A stretch of 58,541 bases of DNA. It comes from Deltaproteobacteria bacterium (GTDB lineage Bacteria; Myxococcota_A; UBA9160; UBA6930). This document shows positions 42,817 to 50,932 of the stretch, piece after piece. Made by a program: the position numbers and the translations under genes. The notes under the pieces were generated by a model. It made no database searches, was not told the DNA's origin, and was given only the letters and a program-made list of their open reading frames with translations. The first letter of the stretch is position 1. The number at the start of each line of letters is the position of its first letter. The stretch covers positions 1 to 58,541 of the forward strand of contig NYZB01000276.1 in the NCBI GenBank assembly GCA_002687015.1, in the 5' to 3' direction.

Positions 42817-44258
42817 CTGCCGAAGGCGAGCGCCGCACCCCGACCCGGAAGCCGGTGGACCGGGCGACCCGACACCGTCTTCCTGGTCCTGGGTGGCCTC
42901 TTCGGGGTCTTCTTCGCCCTGGTCTCGCCGCCGCACGACCCGCCGGACGAGGTGCGCCACCACGCGCGCGCCCTCCTCATTGCGCCACCACGCGCGCGCC
43001 CTCCTCATTGCGGAGGGGACGTGGCGGATCGTCGGGCAGGCGCCGGGACACGAAGCGACCCTTCCCCGACGGCTCGTCGGCCTGCACCCGCCTGGCCACC
43101 ACTACAGCCCGGCGCAGCTCCTGTCCGGTACGATCCCCAAGCAGAGCGCGCGCGCTTCCAAGCACAGGCCGGCGGAGATCCTCGCCCTGTGGCAGACACC
43201 GCTTCGGCGACGCGACCGGCAACCCATCGCCTTCGTCACTCCGTACGCACCCCCCATCTTACCTCCCTGCCGCGCTTGCGCTGGCGCTGACGGCTGCTCT
43301 CGGCGACTCCGTCGGAGCCGGGCTGCACGGCGCGCGGCTCGCTTCTCTCGCGGTCTGGCTCCTGTGCGTCTGGATCGCGATCCGACGCTGCCCGGCCCAG
43401 GGTTGGCTGCTCTGTGCGATCGCGCTGCTTCCGATGTCCGTCTTCCAGGCGGGCTCGATCTCCGCGGATCCCATCAGCCAGGCCGTGATCTTCCTGGTCT
43501 TCGCAGAGCTCCTCCGTGTGGCGTCGCCCGACGCTGAGCCGCGGACCACCCGAGAAGGGCTCGGGCTCGTGGCCCTGTGCGCGATGCTGGGCTTCGTCAA
43601 GCCGGGCTACGCGCCGCTGGCCCTCGCCGCCCTCGCGTTGCCGAAGACCGCCTTCCCGGGTCGGCGGAGATGGGCGTGGGCCTGCGCAATGCCCGCAGCG
43701 GCGCTCCTCGCCACCCTCGCGTGGACCCTGGTGGTCCAGGCGGCGCAGCAGCCCGCCCTCACCGACGACGCCGACATGGCGGGCCAGCTGCGCCACGTTC
43801 TCGCCCATCCGATGTCCTTCCCGGCCGCCGCAATCACCACCACCGTGGCGCTGACGGGCGCATGGCTCGAGGGGATGGTGGGAACCCTCGGCCACCTCGA
43901 CGTGGAGATCCCCTTGCCGGCGACCTGGTTGGCCTGGGTGGCCGTCCTGGCCGGAGCTGCGCTCGGCGGGCGAGAGGTGCCCGGGCGAGCCCTGAGGGCG
44001 ACGATGGCGCTCGGCTTCCTGGCCACCGCAGCGACCGTTCTCCTCATGGCCTACCTGGGATGGACGCCCGTCGGCCATCCCCACGTCCTGGGTGTGCAGG
44101 GGCGCTACTTCCTGCTCATGCTGCCCTTCGCGATCGGCGCACTGCCCGCGCTGCCGAACCCGGCGGGCGAGAGGCTGCGGCCCGCACTGGTCTGGACCCT
44201 GGCCGGCGTGCTCGCCATCTCCGCGGTCGAGCTCGTGACGACCTACTACGAGCTCTAG
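42817..44258 (+). pseudogene. DUF2142-type membrane protein paralog, disrupted by a 28-bp tandem duplication and a 1-nt insertion in a C-run
   Basis: The reading switches across three frames. Deleting one 28-bp unit (42954-43009) and one C of the C6 run (43250-43255) restores a continuous ORF collinear with 21333..22775 (PPHDPPDEVRHHARALLIAEGTWRIVGQAPGHEATLPRR...YAPPSYLPAALALAL...GVQGRYFLLMLPF). No ATG/GTG/TTG start is available; only CTG 42817. Confidence 0.7.
42954..43009 (+). repeat. Perfect 28-bp direct tandem duplication inside the DUF2142 paralog
   Basis: GCGCCACCACGCGCGCGCCCTCCTCATT occurs twice back to back (42954-42981 and 42982-43009). 28 is not a multiple of 3. Confidence 0.95.
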
Positions 44259-44274
44259 GAAGAAGGGCCTGTGG

Positions 44275-45837
44275 CTAGCCGCTCTGGGCCTCTGCCACGG
44301 GCGCGAGCCTTTGACGGTCGCCGAGGACGTGCTCCACGCCGGGACGCGGCCGACACAGCACGAGGAACTGGAAGCCGAAGAGCGTCCCCCAGAGCCGTGC
44401 CAGACCGGAGCTCACTCGTCCGAGCGCGCGCCCGAGGCGGCCCGGAAGGACCGCCTCCCAGGGCACCGGGATGGCCCGGGTCCACTCGATCTCGTAGCCG
44501 CAGTCGTCGAGCATGCGCAGCAGCGACTTGCGCGTGAAGAGCCGCTTGTGGGCGATGTCGAGGATCCCCCGATCGCCGTAGTTGAAGCGGCCGAAGAGCA
44601 GCATCAGCCGGTTCGCGACGAAGCCGACGTTGGGTGTCGCCACCAGCACGCGCGGCCCCAGGCCCTCGACGGCCAGCGCCTGGCTCTGGTTCCGCAGACC
44701 GAGGAGGAAGCTCTCGGGGTCGTCGAGCTCCTCCAGGACGTCGAGGAGCAGCACCGCGTCGTAGTCGAAGGGATCGACCGGCAGGGGCGCTTCGAGATCG
44801 GCCTTGAGGAAGCGTCGCATCCGACCGGGCAGGGGTTGCTCGCGATCGATCCCGGTCACCTCGGCGCCCATGGCCTCGCAGGCCTCGGCGACGACGGCTG
44901 CGCCCGAGCCCAGGTCCAGCACGCTGGCCGGCGCCATCTCGCGAAGGGTCTCGATGGCCGCGCGATGGGCCGAGTAGAGGGGTCCACCCCCGGTACGGCT
45001 GCGCCACTCGGGATCGTCGAGCTGCCGGTACTTGAGCGAGCACAGCATGCCCGTGCGGTGCATCCGGTAGCGGAGCGTCTCCACGGTGACGTTCCACGCG
45101 TAGTCGAGCCCGTCGACGTGGCACTCCTCGTCGCCGTAGTGGGTCGGGATGTCGAACTCCTCGATCCGCGCGCTGACGTGCATCGCCTGCAGCAGGATCT
45201 CGGTGTCGAAGTGAAAGTCGTTCGTGTTGATCTCGAAGGGCACCTTGGCGAGGAAGGACGAGGAGTAGCCGCGGTAGCCGGTGTGGTACTCGGAGAGGTG
45301 GCGGCCCGTCAGCAGGTTCTGCATCCGCGTCAGCAGCGTGTTGCCCAGCACCTTGTAGAGGGGCATGCCGCCTGCGCGCGCACTCGCCAGATCCCCCATC
45401 CGCGACCCCAGGACGACGTCGGCGCCGGTCTCCTCCCAGGTGCGAATGAACTGGGGCAGCAGCTCGGGTGCGTACTGGCCATCGCCGTGCAGGAGGATCG
45501 TGAAGTCGTAGCCGGCGTCGATCGACTGGCGGTAGCCGAGCTTCTGGTTCCCGCCGTAGCCCTGGTTCACCGGGTTCCGGGTCACGGTGACGTTGCCGAT
45601 CCCCCGCTCGTCGAGCCAGGCGCGAAGGAGATCCGGGCCGGCATCGCCGGAGGCGTCGTCGATGACCAGGAAGTGGATGCGCTGATCCTCGAAGAGCTCG
45701 GCCGGCACTCGCTCGAAGACCGAGACCAGATGACGCTCGGCCCGGTAGGCCACGACGAAGACGAGGATCCGCCCGCGCGAGCGGCGCTCCGCGGGACCGG
45801 GGAGGGTCGGTTCGTGGGTGGCGATGGGGGCGGTCAT
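44275..45837 (-). CDS. Bifunctional GT2 glycosyltransferase / SAM-methyltransferase-like fusion protein
   Basis: ATG 45837, 520 aa. N-terminal half: VIDDASGD, LLHGDGQY, IPTHYGDEEC (GT2). C-terminal half: VLDLGSGAA, LLLDVLEEL (class I methyltransferase fold). Confidence 0.8.
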   Translation of the reverse strand: MTAPIATHEPTLPGPAERRSRGRILVFVVAYRAERHLVSVFERVPAELFEDQRIHFLVIDDASGDAGPDLLRAWLDERGIGNVTVTRNPVNQGYGGNQKLGYRQSIDAGYDFTILLHGDGQYAPELLPQFIRTWEETGADVVLGSRMGDLASARAGGMPLYKVLGNTLLTRMQNLLTGRHLSEYHTGYRGYSSSFLAKVPFEINTNDFHFDTEILLQAMHVSARIEEFDIPTHYGDEECHVDGLDYAWNVTVETLRYRMHRTGMLCSLKYRQLDDPEWRSRTGGGPLYSAHRAAIETLREMAPASVLDLGSGAAVVAEACEAMGAEVTGIDREQPLPGRMRRFLKADLEAPLPVDPFDYDAVLLLDVLEELDDPESFLLGLRNQSQALAVEGLGPRVLVATPNVGFVANRLMLLFGRFNYGDRGILDIAHKRLFTRKSLLRMLDDCGYEIEWTRAIPVPWEAVLPGRLGRALGRVSSGLARLWGTLFGFQFLVLCRPRPGVEHVLGDRQRLAPVAEAQSG

Positions 45838-45955
45838 GAGAAGAACCCTGGAGGGTACCACCCGCGCCGCAGGGAGCGGGAAGGCCCAGGACCGTGAGTA
45901 GCCATGCGACGACAGCGGGTTACGCCGGCCCGCACCCGAGACTCCCCGCGGGGGC

Positions 45956-47224
45956 TCACGAGAGGACCTCCGGGTTGTCGGCGCCGAGAGGCCTGGCGGC
46001 GGCCGCCCGGCGGGGCGCAGAAGGCGGGGTGGCCACCCCGAGGTAGGTCTGCGGCTCCCCGCCGCGGCGCAGGCCGGCCTCGGCCACGAGATGCGCCACC
46101 GCAGAGAGGGCAACGTCGAGGAGCTCACCGCCCCCTCGCCGCAGGGAGGCCTGGACCGCCAGGGCCGCGTGCACGCCCGTCAGCGGGTCGGCGATCGCGT
46201 CGCCCACGAAGACGGGGCCGGACCGGGGCCACTCGACGAGACCTCCGGACACCGCGGCGTCGTCCCCGAAGGCGACCCAGCCCCCCTGCGGATCGCCGCG
46301 CCCGTAGCCGGTGAGGGAGCACCAGACGCGTCCTGCGCGGCCCCCGACCCAGGCGGCGGCATCGACCCCGAGCTGCGAGAGCGCCCGCGGGCGCGCGCTC
46401 TCGAGCACCACGTCGACCCGTTCGATCAGGCTCTTCAGCTGGAGCCGACCCCGGGGATCGCCGAGGTCGAGGGCGACGCTCTCCTTGCCGGCGTTCAGGA
46501 GATCGAAGAAGGCGGGGGACCCGCGACGGGCACCGTCCGGCCGCGCCCTGCTCTCCAGCTTCGTGACGCGGGCACCGGCGCGCCGCAGCAGGTCGCTGCA
46601 CAGCGGACCGGCCCACAGCGCGCTCAGGTCGAGCACCCAGGGCCGAAGAGGAGCCGGAGTGGGTTCCCCGAGCTGGGACCGGACACACCAGGATCTCGGG
46701 GCACCCTCTTCCCCGGTGCAGCCGACCGCGAGACCCAGCTGCCGCCCCCGGGCCAACAGCTCGCCGGCGTCCCTCGCGGCGACTTCGCGCTCCAAGGCGG
46801 ACCAGTCGCCGGGCTCGATCTCGGCCTCGAGCCAGGCGGGCACGCTGCGCCAGTCGTCGGGCCGAGGCAGGTTCGGGGCGATCCAACCCGTGCGCGTGGA
46901 GACGAGGCGTGCCTGGCCGCCGGGCGCCGTGGCGCCCCGGCGCGACAGGCCGGCCAACGCCGCCCGCTCTCCCAGGAGGCGCGCGTCGAGGCCGGACAGG
47001 TCCGCACCGGGCGCCAGCGAACGCAGACCCAGGAGCGCACCCTCGATGGCCTGGGGCGCGGGAGCGCGCGGCACGAGGATCCGGTCCGGCAAGCCGGTCA
47101 GGGCGAGGGCGCCCGACCGATCCCACGCGGCCTCGTGGGGCTCCTCGCCGCCTGCGGCCGGCGGCTCCACGGGCGCGGCGCCCAGCTCCGCGAGCCGCGC
47201 TCTCGCCCAGGCACAGCGCTTCAC
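45956..47224 (-). CDS. Family III (CaiB/BaiF-type) CoA-transferase-like protein with noncanonical domain order
   Basis: GTG 47224 in a GTGA overlap with the upstream stop. The canonical N-terminal motif (VLDLSALWAGPLCSDLLRRAGARVTKLE, LNAGKESVALDL, LTGYGRGDP) starts only about 190 aa into the ORF. Confidence 0.7.
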   Translation of the reverse strand: MKRCAWARARLAELGAAPVEPPAAGGEEPHEAAWDRSGALALTGLPDRILVPRAPAPQAIEGALLGLRSLAPGADLSGLDARLLGERAALAGLSRRGATAPGGQARLVSTRTGWIAPNLPRPDDWRSVPAWLEAEIEPGDWSALEREVAARDAGELLARGRQLGLAVGCTGEEGAPRSWCVRSQLGEPTPAPLRPWVLDLSALWAGPLCSDLLRRAGARVTKLESRARPDGARRGSPAFFDLLNAGKESVALDLGDPRGRLQLKSLIERVDVVLESARPRALSQLGVDAAAWVGGRAGRVWCSLTGYGRGDPQGGWVAFGDDAAVSGGLVEWPRSGPVFVGDAIADPLTGVHAALAVQASLRRGGGELLDVALSAVAHLVAEAGLRRGGEPQTYLGVATPPSAPRRAAAARPLGADNPEVLS

Positions 47225-48225
47225 CCCCCCGGCTCGATCTCGTCGACCAGACCCCAGCGGAGACACTGGTCGGCGGGGATCCGCGCTCCGGTCAGCGCCA
47301 TCCAGGCCGTTCGCTGGCGCCCGATGCGCCGGGGCAGGCTGACCGTTCCTCCGGCTCCGGGCACGAGCCCCATGCCGACCTCGGGGAGCATCGCGAAGGC
47401 ATCCTCTCGAGCCGAGACCCGCCCGCAGAACGCCGGGATCTCGATCCCCGCGCCGACACAGGCGCCGTGGATGTGGGCGTGTACGCGGCCCGCGAAGGGC
47501 GCGAGCAGGCGACCCGGATTCCGGGTCGAGCGGACCGCGTGGGCGGTGGCCGGGTCGGGGACCGAGCCGAACTCGTCGAGGTCGCCGCCGCTGCAGAAGC
47601 TCGGACCCGAGCCGCGCAGCTCGACGGCTTCGATGCTCGGGTCCTGCTGGACCAACGCCAACGCCTCGCACAGCGCATCGCGCAGCCCGGCCGAGAAGGC
47701 GTTGCGCCGCTGGGGCCGGTCGAGGGTGAGCCGCAGGAGCGCCTGCTCCCGCTCGACGCGCAGGGGATCGCCGGCTTCGGGCGGGGGCTCGCGGCGCGGG
47801 TAGGCCGAGAGCCAGGCTGCGAACTCCGGGCCGCCCTGGAGGGTCCCGTAGACCAGTGACTCTGCGATCAACCCCTCGTGGATGCCGAGGCCCTCGGAAT
47901 GGCGCAGCAGCTGCACGAGGGCCAGGGAGGCGAGTGGGTGAGCGGCGACGGCCGTTTCGATGGCGGCGAGCGCCACCTGGTCCTGGATCAGGACGTCGAC
48001 CCCTGCGGCGAGGGGGCGCAACGCCTCGGCCACCTCGTCGCCGGCCCAGCCGACGGTCACGGCCGGGAGCTCCCCCAGCCGCGCCCAGCGCTCCGGTGCC
48101 GGACGCCCCTGCTCCCGCAGGTCGATGGCGAGGACGGCCTCTCCCGTGAGCACGGACCAGCGCTCCGACGCCAGGGGGTCGGCGAGGGCAGCGGCCAGGG
48201 CGTCGGGGGACCAGGCATCGGCCAT
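47221..48225 (-). CDS. Enoyl-CoA hydratase/isomerase family protein with N-terminal extension
   Basis: 334 aa. LRLTLDRPQRRNAF, FCSGGDLDEF, HGACVGAGIEIPAF crotonase core in the C-terminal half. Confidence 0.75.
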   Translation of the reverse strand: MADAWSPDALAAALADPLASERWSVLTGEAVLAIDLREQGRPAPERWARLGELPAVTVGWAGDEVAEALRPLAAGVDVLIQDQVALAAIETAVAAHPLASLALVQLLRHSEGLGIHEGLIAESLVYGTLQGGPEFAAWLSAYPRREPPPEAGDPLRVEREQALLRLTLDRPQRRNAFSAGLRDALCEALALVQQDPSIEAVELRGSGPSFCSGGDLDEFGSVPDPATAHAVRSTRNPGRLLAPFAGRVHAHIHGACVGAGIEIPAFCGRVSAREDAFAMLPEVGMGLVPGAGGTVSLPRRIGRQRTAWMALTGARIPADQCLRWGLVDEIEPGG

Positions 48226-48336
48226 GGTCGGAGTCTATCGCTGGCGGCCCGTCCGGGACGAGGGGCCGCTGGGGTTGCCGATCCCACCGCGCCGGGGACG
48301 CACTAGAGTACCTGGGCCCGGGTGCCCGGCCGAATG

Positions 48337-48352
48337 CGATCGGATCCGATCG
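48337..48352. promoter_or_regulatory. Perfect 16-bp palindrome in the divergent crotonase/crotonase intergenic region (candidate operator)
   Basis: CGATCGGATCCGATCG is exactly self-complementary. It lies 34 nt upstream of GTG 48386. Confidence 0.35.
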
Positions 48353-48385
48353 ACTCCGACCGGGAGATCTGCGAAGGAGGGCCAC

Positions 48386-49222
48386 GTGTCCTACGAGTAC
48401 GAGCACCTGCACGTCGAGATCGGCGATGGTGTGGCGACGGCGACGATCGACAACCCTCCGATCAACGTGATGACCCTGGGCCTCTTCGGGGACCTGCTGC
48501 GCTTCGCCAGCAAGGTGGCCACCGACGACGAGGTGCGGGTGGTCATCCTGCGCAGCGACCAGGAGGGCTTCCTGATCGCCCACTTCGACGTCGAGGCGAT
48601 CCTCGGGCTGCCGACCGACCGGCCGAGCGCACGCGTGTCCAAGGTGGAGGAGAACCCCTTCCACGCGATGTGCGAGATCTTCCGCACCATGCCGAAGGCG
48701 ACGATCGTCGAGGTGGGTGGCCGTGTCGGCGGCGGCGGCAGCGAGCTGGCCATGTCCTGCGACATGCGCTTCGGCGCCCTCGGGCGCGCGGTGATCAGCC
48801 AGCCCGAGGTGGCCCTCGGCATCCTGCCGGGCGGCTCGGGCACCCAGCGCATGCCGCGCCTGCTCGGACGCGGACGCGCCCTCGAGGTGATCCTGGGCTG
48901 CGACGACCTGGATGCGGAGACCGCCGAGCGATGGGGCTACCTGAACCGGGCCCTCCCGCCCGACGAGCTTCGCCCCTTCGTCGATCGCCTCGCCCGGCGC
49001 ATCGCCTCCTTCCCGGCGCACGCGATCCGCGACGCGAAGCGGTCGGTGCTGAACGCCGAGCCCGACTTCGCCCCGGGCCTGATCGAGGAGGGCTTCCTCT
49101 TCGAGGAAGCCCTACGGGAGGAGTCGGCGCGCCGGGCCATGCGCCGCTTCCTCGAAGTGGGCGGCCAGACCCGCGAGGGAGAGCTGCGGCTGGCCGAGCT
49201 GTGTCTCGAACTCGCCGAATGA
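48386..49222 (+). CDS. Enoyl-CoA hydratase/isomerase (crotonase) family
   Basis: GTG 48386 with GAAGGAGG RBS. ATIDNPPINVM, GGRVGGGGSELAMSCDMRF, LPGGSGTQR. Confidence 0.85.
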   Translation: MSYEYEHLHVEIGDGVATATIDNPPINVMTLGLFGDLLRFASKVATDDEVRVVILRSDQEGFLIAHFDVEAILGLPTDRPSARVSKVEENPFHAMCEIFRTMPKATIVEVGGRVGGGGSELAMSCDMRFGALGRAVISQPEVALGILPGGSGTQRMPRLLGRGRALEVILGCDDLDAETAERWGYLNRALPPDELRPFVDRLARRIASFPAHAIRDAKRSVLNAEPDFAPGLIEEGFLFEEALREESARRAMRRFLEVGGQTREGELRLAELCLELAE

Positions 49223-49231
49223 GAGGACAGG

Positions 49232-50005
49232 ATGAAGCTGGAAGGAAGAACGGCACTGATCACGGGGGCTGCATCGGGGATCGGCGCGGCATGCGCGGCC
49301 CGATTCGCCGAGGAGGGTGCGAAGGTCGCAGGAGTGGATCTCCAGGCACCCGTCGACGCGGCGGCCTGGGCGGCGGTCGAGAAGGCCGCTCCGGAGGCTC
49401 TCTTCCGCGACGGCCTGGACGTGCGGGAGGAGGCCCAGGTCGCGGAGGCCGTGGCCGCCGTGAAGGAGCGGTTCGGACGGATCGACGTGCTCGTCAATGC
49501 CGCGGGCGTGGGAGGCTTCTCGTCGGCCCACCTGCTCGAAGAAGAGGAGTGGGACCACACGGTCGACATCAACCTGAAGGGCTCGTGGCTGGTCAGCAAG
49601 CACGTGTTGCCCGGCATGATCGAGCAGCTGTCGGGCAGCATCATCCACCTGGCGAGCGTGGAGGGCCTCGAGGGCATGGGCGGCTCCCTCGCCTACAACG
49701 CCTCGAAGGGCGGCGTGGTGCTGATGACCAAGAACATGGCGATCGACTATGGCAAGCTCGGCATCCGCGTGAACTGCCTGTGTCCCGGCCTGATCGACAC
49801 GCCGCTGACGGCGCTTCTCCAGGACGAGCCGCTCGCCGAGGTGAGGAAGACGATGCTCTCCTGGCACGCGATCGGCCGCGCCGGTCGCCCGGACGAGGTC
49901 GCCGCCTGCGCGCTCTTCCTCGCCTCGGACGACGCGTCCTTCGTCACGGGGCACTCCCTGGTCGTCGACGGCGGATGGACCGCCGGGCGAACGGCCACGG
50001 GCTGA
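49232..50005 (+). CDS. Short-chain dehydrogenase/reductase (SDR)
   Basis: TGAASGIG, NAAG, YNASK, PGLIDTP. Paralog of 12212..12988. Confidence 0.9.
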   Translation: MKLEGRTALITGAASGIGAACAARFAEEGAKVAGVDLQAPVDAAAWAAVEKAAPEALFRDGLDVREEAQVAEAVAAVKERFGRIDVLVNAAGVGGFSSAHLLEEEEWDHTVDINLKGSWLVSKHVLPGMIEQLSGSIIHLASVEGLEGMGGSLAYNASKGGVVLMTKNMAIDYGKLGIRVNCLCPGLIDTPLTALLQDEPLAEVRKTMLSWHAIGRAGRPDEVAACALFLASDDASFVTGHSLVVDGGWTAGRTATG

Positions 50006-50040
50006 ACGAAGCCCCTGGGCGCCGCCGCAGTGGACGCGGA

Positions 50041-50922
50041 GTGGTAGCGAACCGGACGCGACGGGCTTCGCTGGCCGCGGTGGTCGCGCTCGCCGGATGG
50101 GCCTGCGCGGGAGCGCCCGAGGCGCCGCCGGCCCGCGAGCCGGTGCGCGACGAGAGAGCGCAGGAGCGCGATCTCTTCCCCGAGCTCTCCAGCCAGCTCG
50201 AGCGCCAGATGGCCGAGCAGCGCGCGGCCGCGCTCGCCCGCGGCGCCGAGCTCAAGGCGAAGGAGATCGATCCCTTCGGGGCCCAGGGCTTCGAGAGCCG
50301 ATTGACCGAGCTGGGGGTACCCGCCTTTGCCGGCTGTGCGCGCGGAGCCAGCGATTGGCCGCGCATGGACGCACTGGTGGCCCTGCGCCGGGTGGACGAG
50401 GGAGACTTCTGGGCGTCCAGCCCGGTGCTTGGGGATGCAGGCGAATCACGGGCCCTGCGCGAGCGCGCGCCGGCGACGCCGATCGTCCACGTGAGCTGCA
50501 CCCTCGAGGTCGAGGTCGAGCCGGTGATCCAGGGCGGCTTCGAGGCCAGGCTCCGCGAGGTGCGCTTCGTCGCCCTCTTCGACCGCGAGATCTCCTGGTG
50601 GAACCCGGACCAGCGCGGCGACGAGAGCACCCGGGCTCACGCGCAGGTTCATCTCGACCTCGCCTACCTGCTCGCCCGCGAGGCGACTCGCAGCCGCACT
50701 GCGCCCCTGCGAGCCCGGGGGCCCACCGAGCGCAGTGCGCTCGATCGGCTTGGGCTGCTCTGGGCGAATCACCTGGGCGAGATCGACCGCGAGCTGCGCG
50801 CCCTCGAGCGCCAGCTCGACCTGGAGACGAGCCAGGGCTGGGATGCCGCGGCGAGCCAGCGTTGGGCCGAGCGCCTGCGCGGGGGCCTCGGCGCGGTGCG
50901 GGCGGCGATGCCCGCGCGCTGA
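50041..50922 (+). CDS. Secreted hypothetical protein
   Basis: GTG 50041. Signal-like N-terminus VVANRTRRASLAAVVALAGWACAG. High GC3. No recognised domain. The upstream 1.7 kb of track ORF 48322..50922 overlaps real genes in other frames. Confidence 0.5.
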   Translation: MVANRTRRASLAAVVALAGWACAGAPEAPPAREPVRDERAQERDLFPELSSQLERQMAEQRAAALARGAELKAKEIDPFGAQGFESRLTELGVPAFAGCARGASDWPRMDALVALRRVDEGDFWASSPVLGDAGESRALRERAPATPIVHVSCTLEVEVEPVIQGGFEARLREVRFVALFDREISWWNPDQRGDESTRAHAQVHLDLAYLLAREATRSRTAPLRARGPTERSALDRLGLLWANHLGEIDRELRALERQLDLETSQGWDAAASQRWAERLRGGLGAVRAAMPAR

Positions 50923-50932
50923 CGGTCTGGCC

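Noticed and set aside
39115-45897. ORFs 39115..40926 (+), 41634..42980 (-), 43236..44084 (-) and 44311..45897 (+)
   Set aside because: These are shadow ORFs opposite or out of frame with the LLM/amidohydrolase, GT2/DUF2304, DUF2142 and GT2-methyltransferase genes. They have no motifs and poor codon-position GC pattern.
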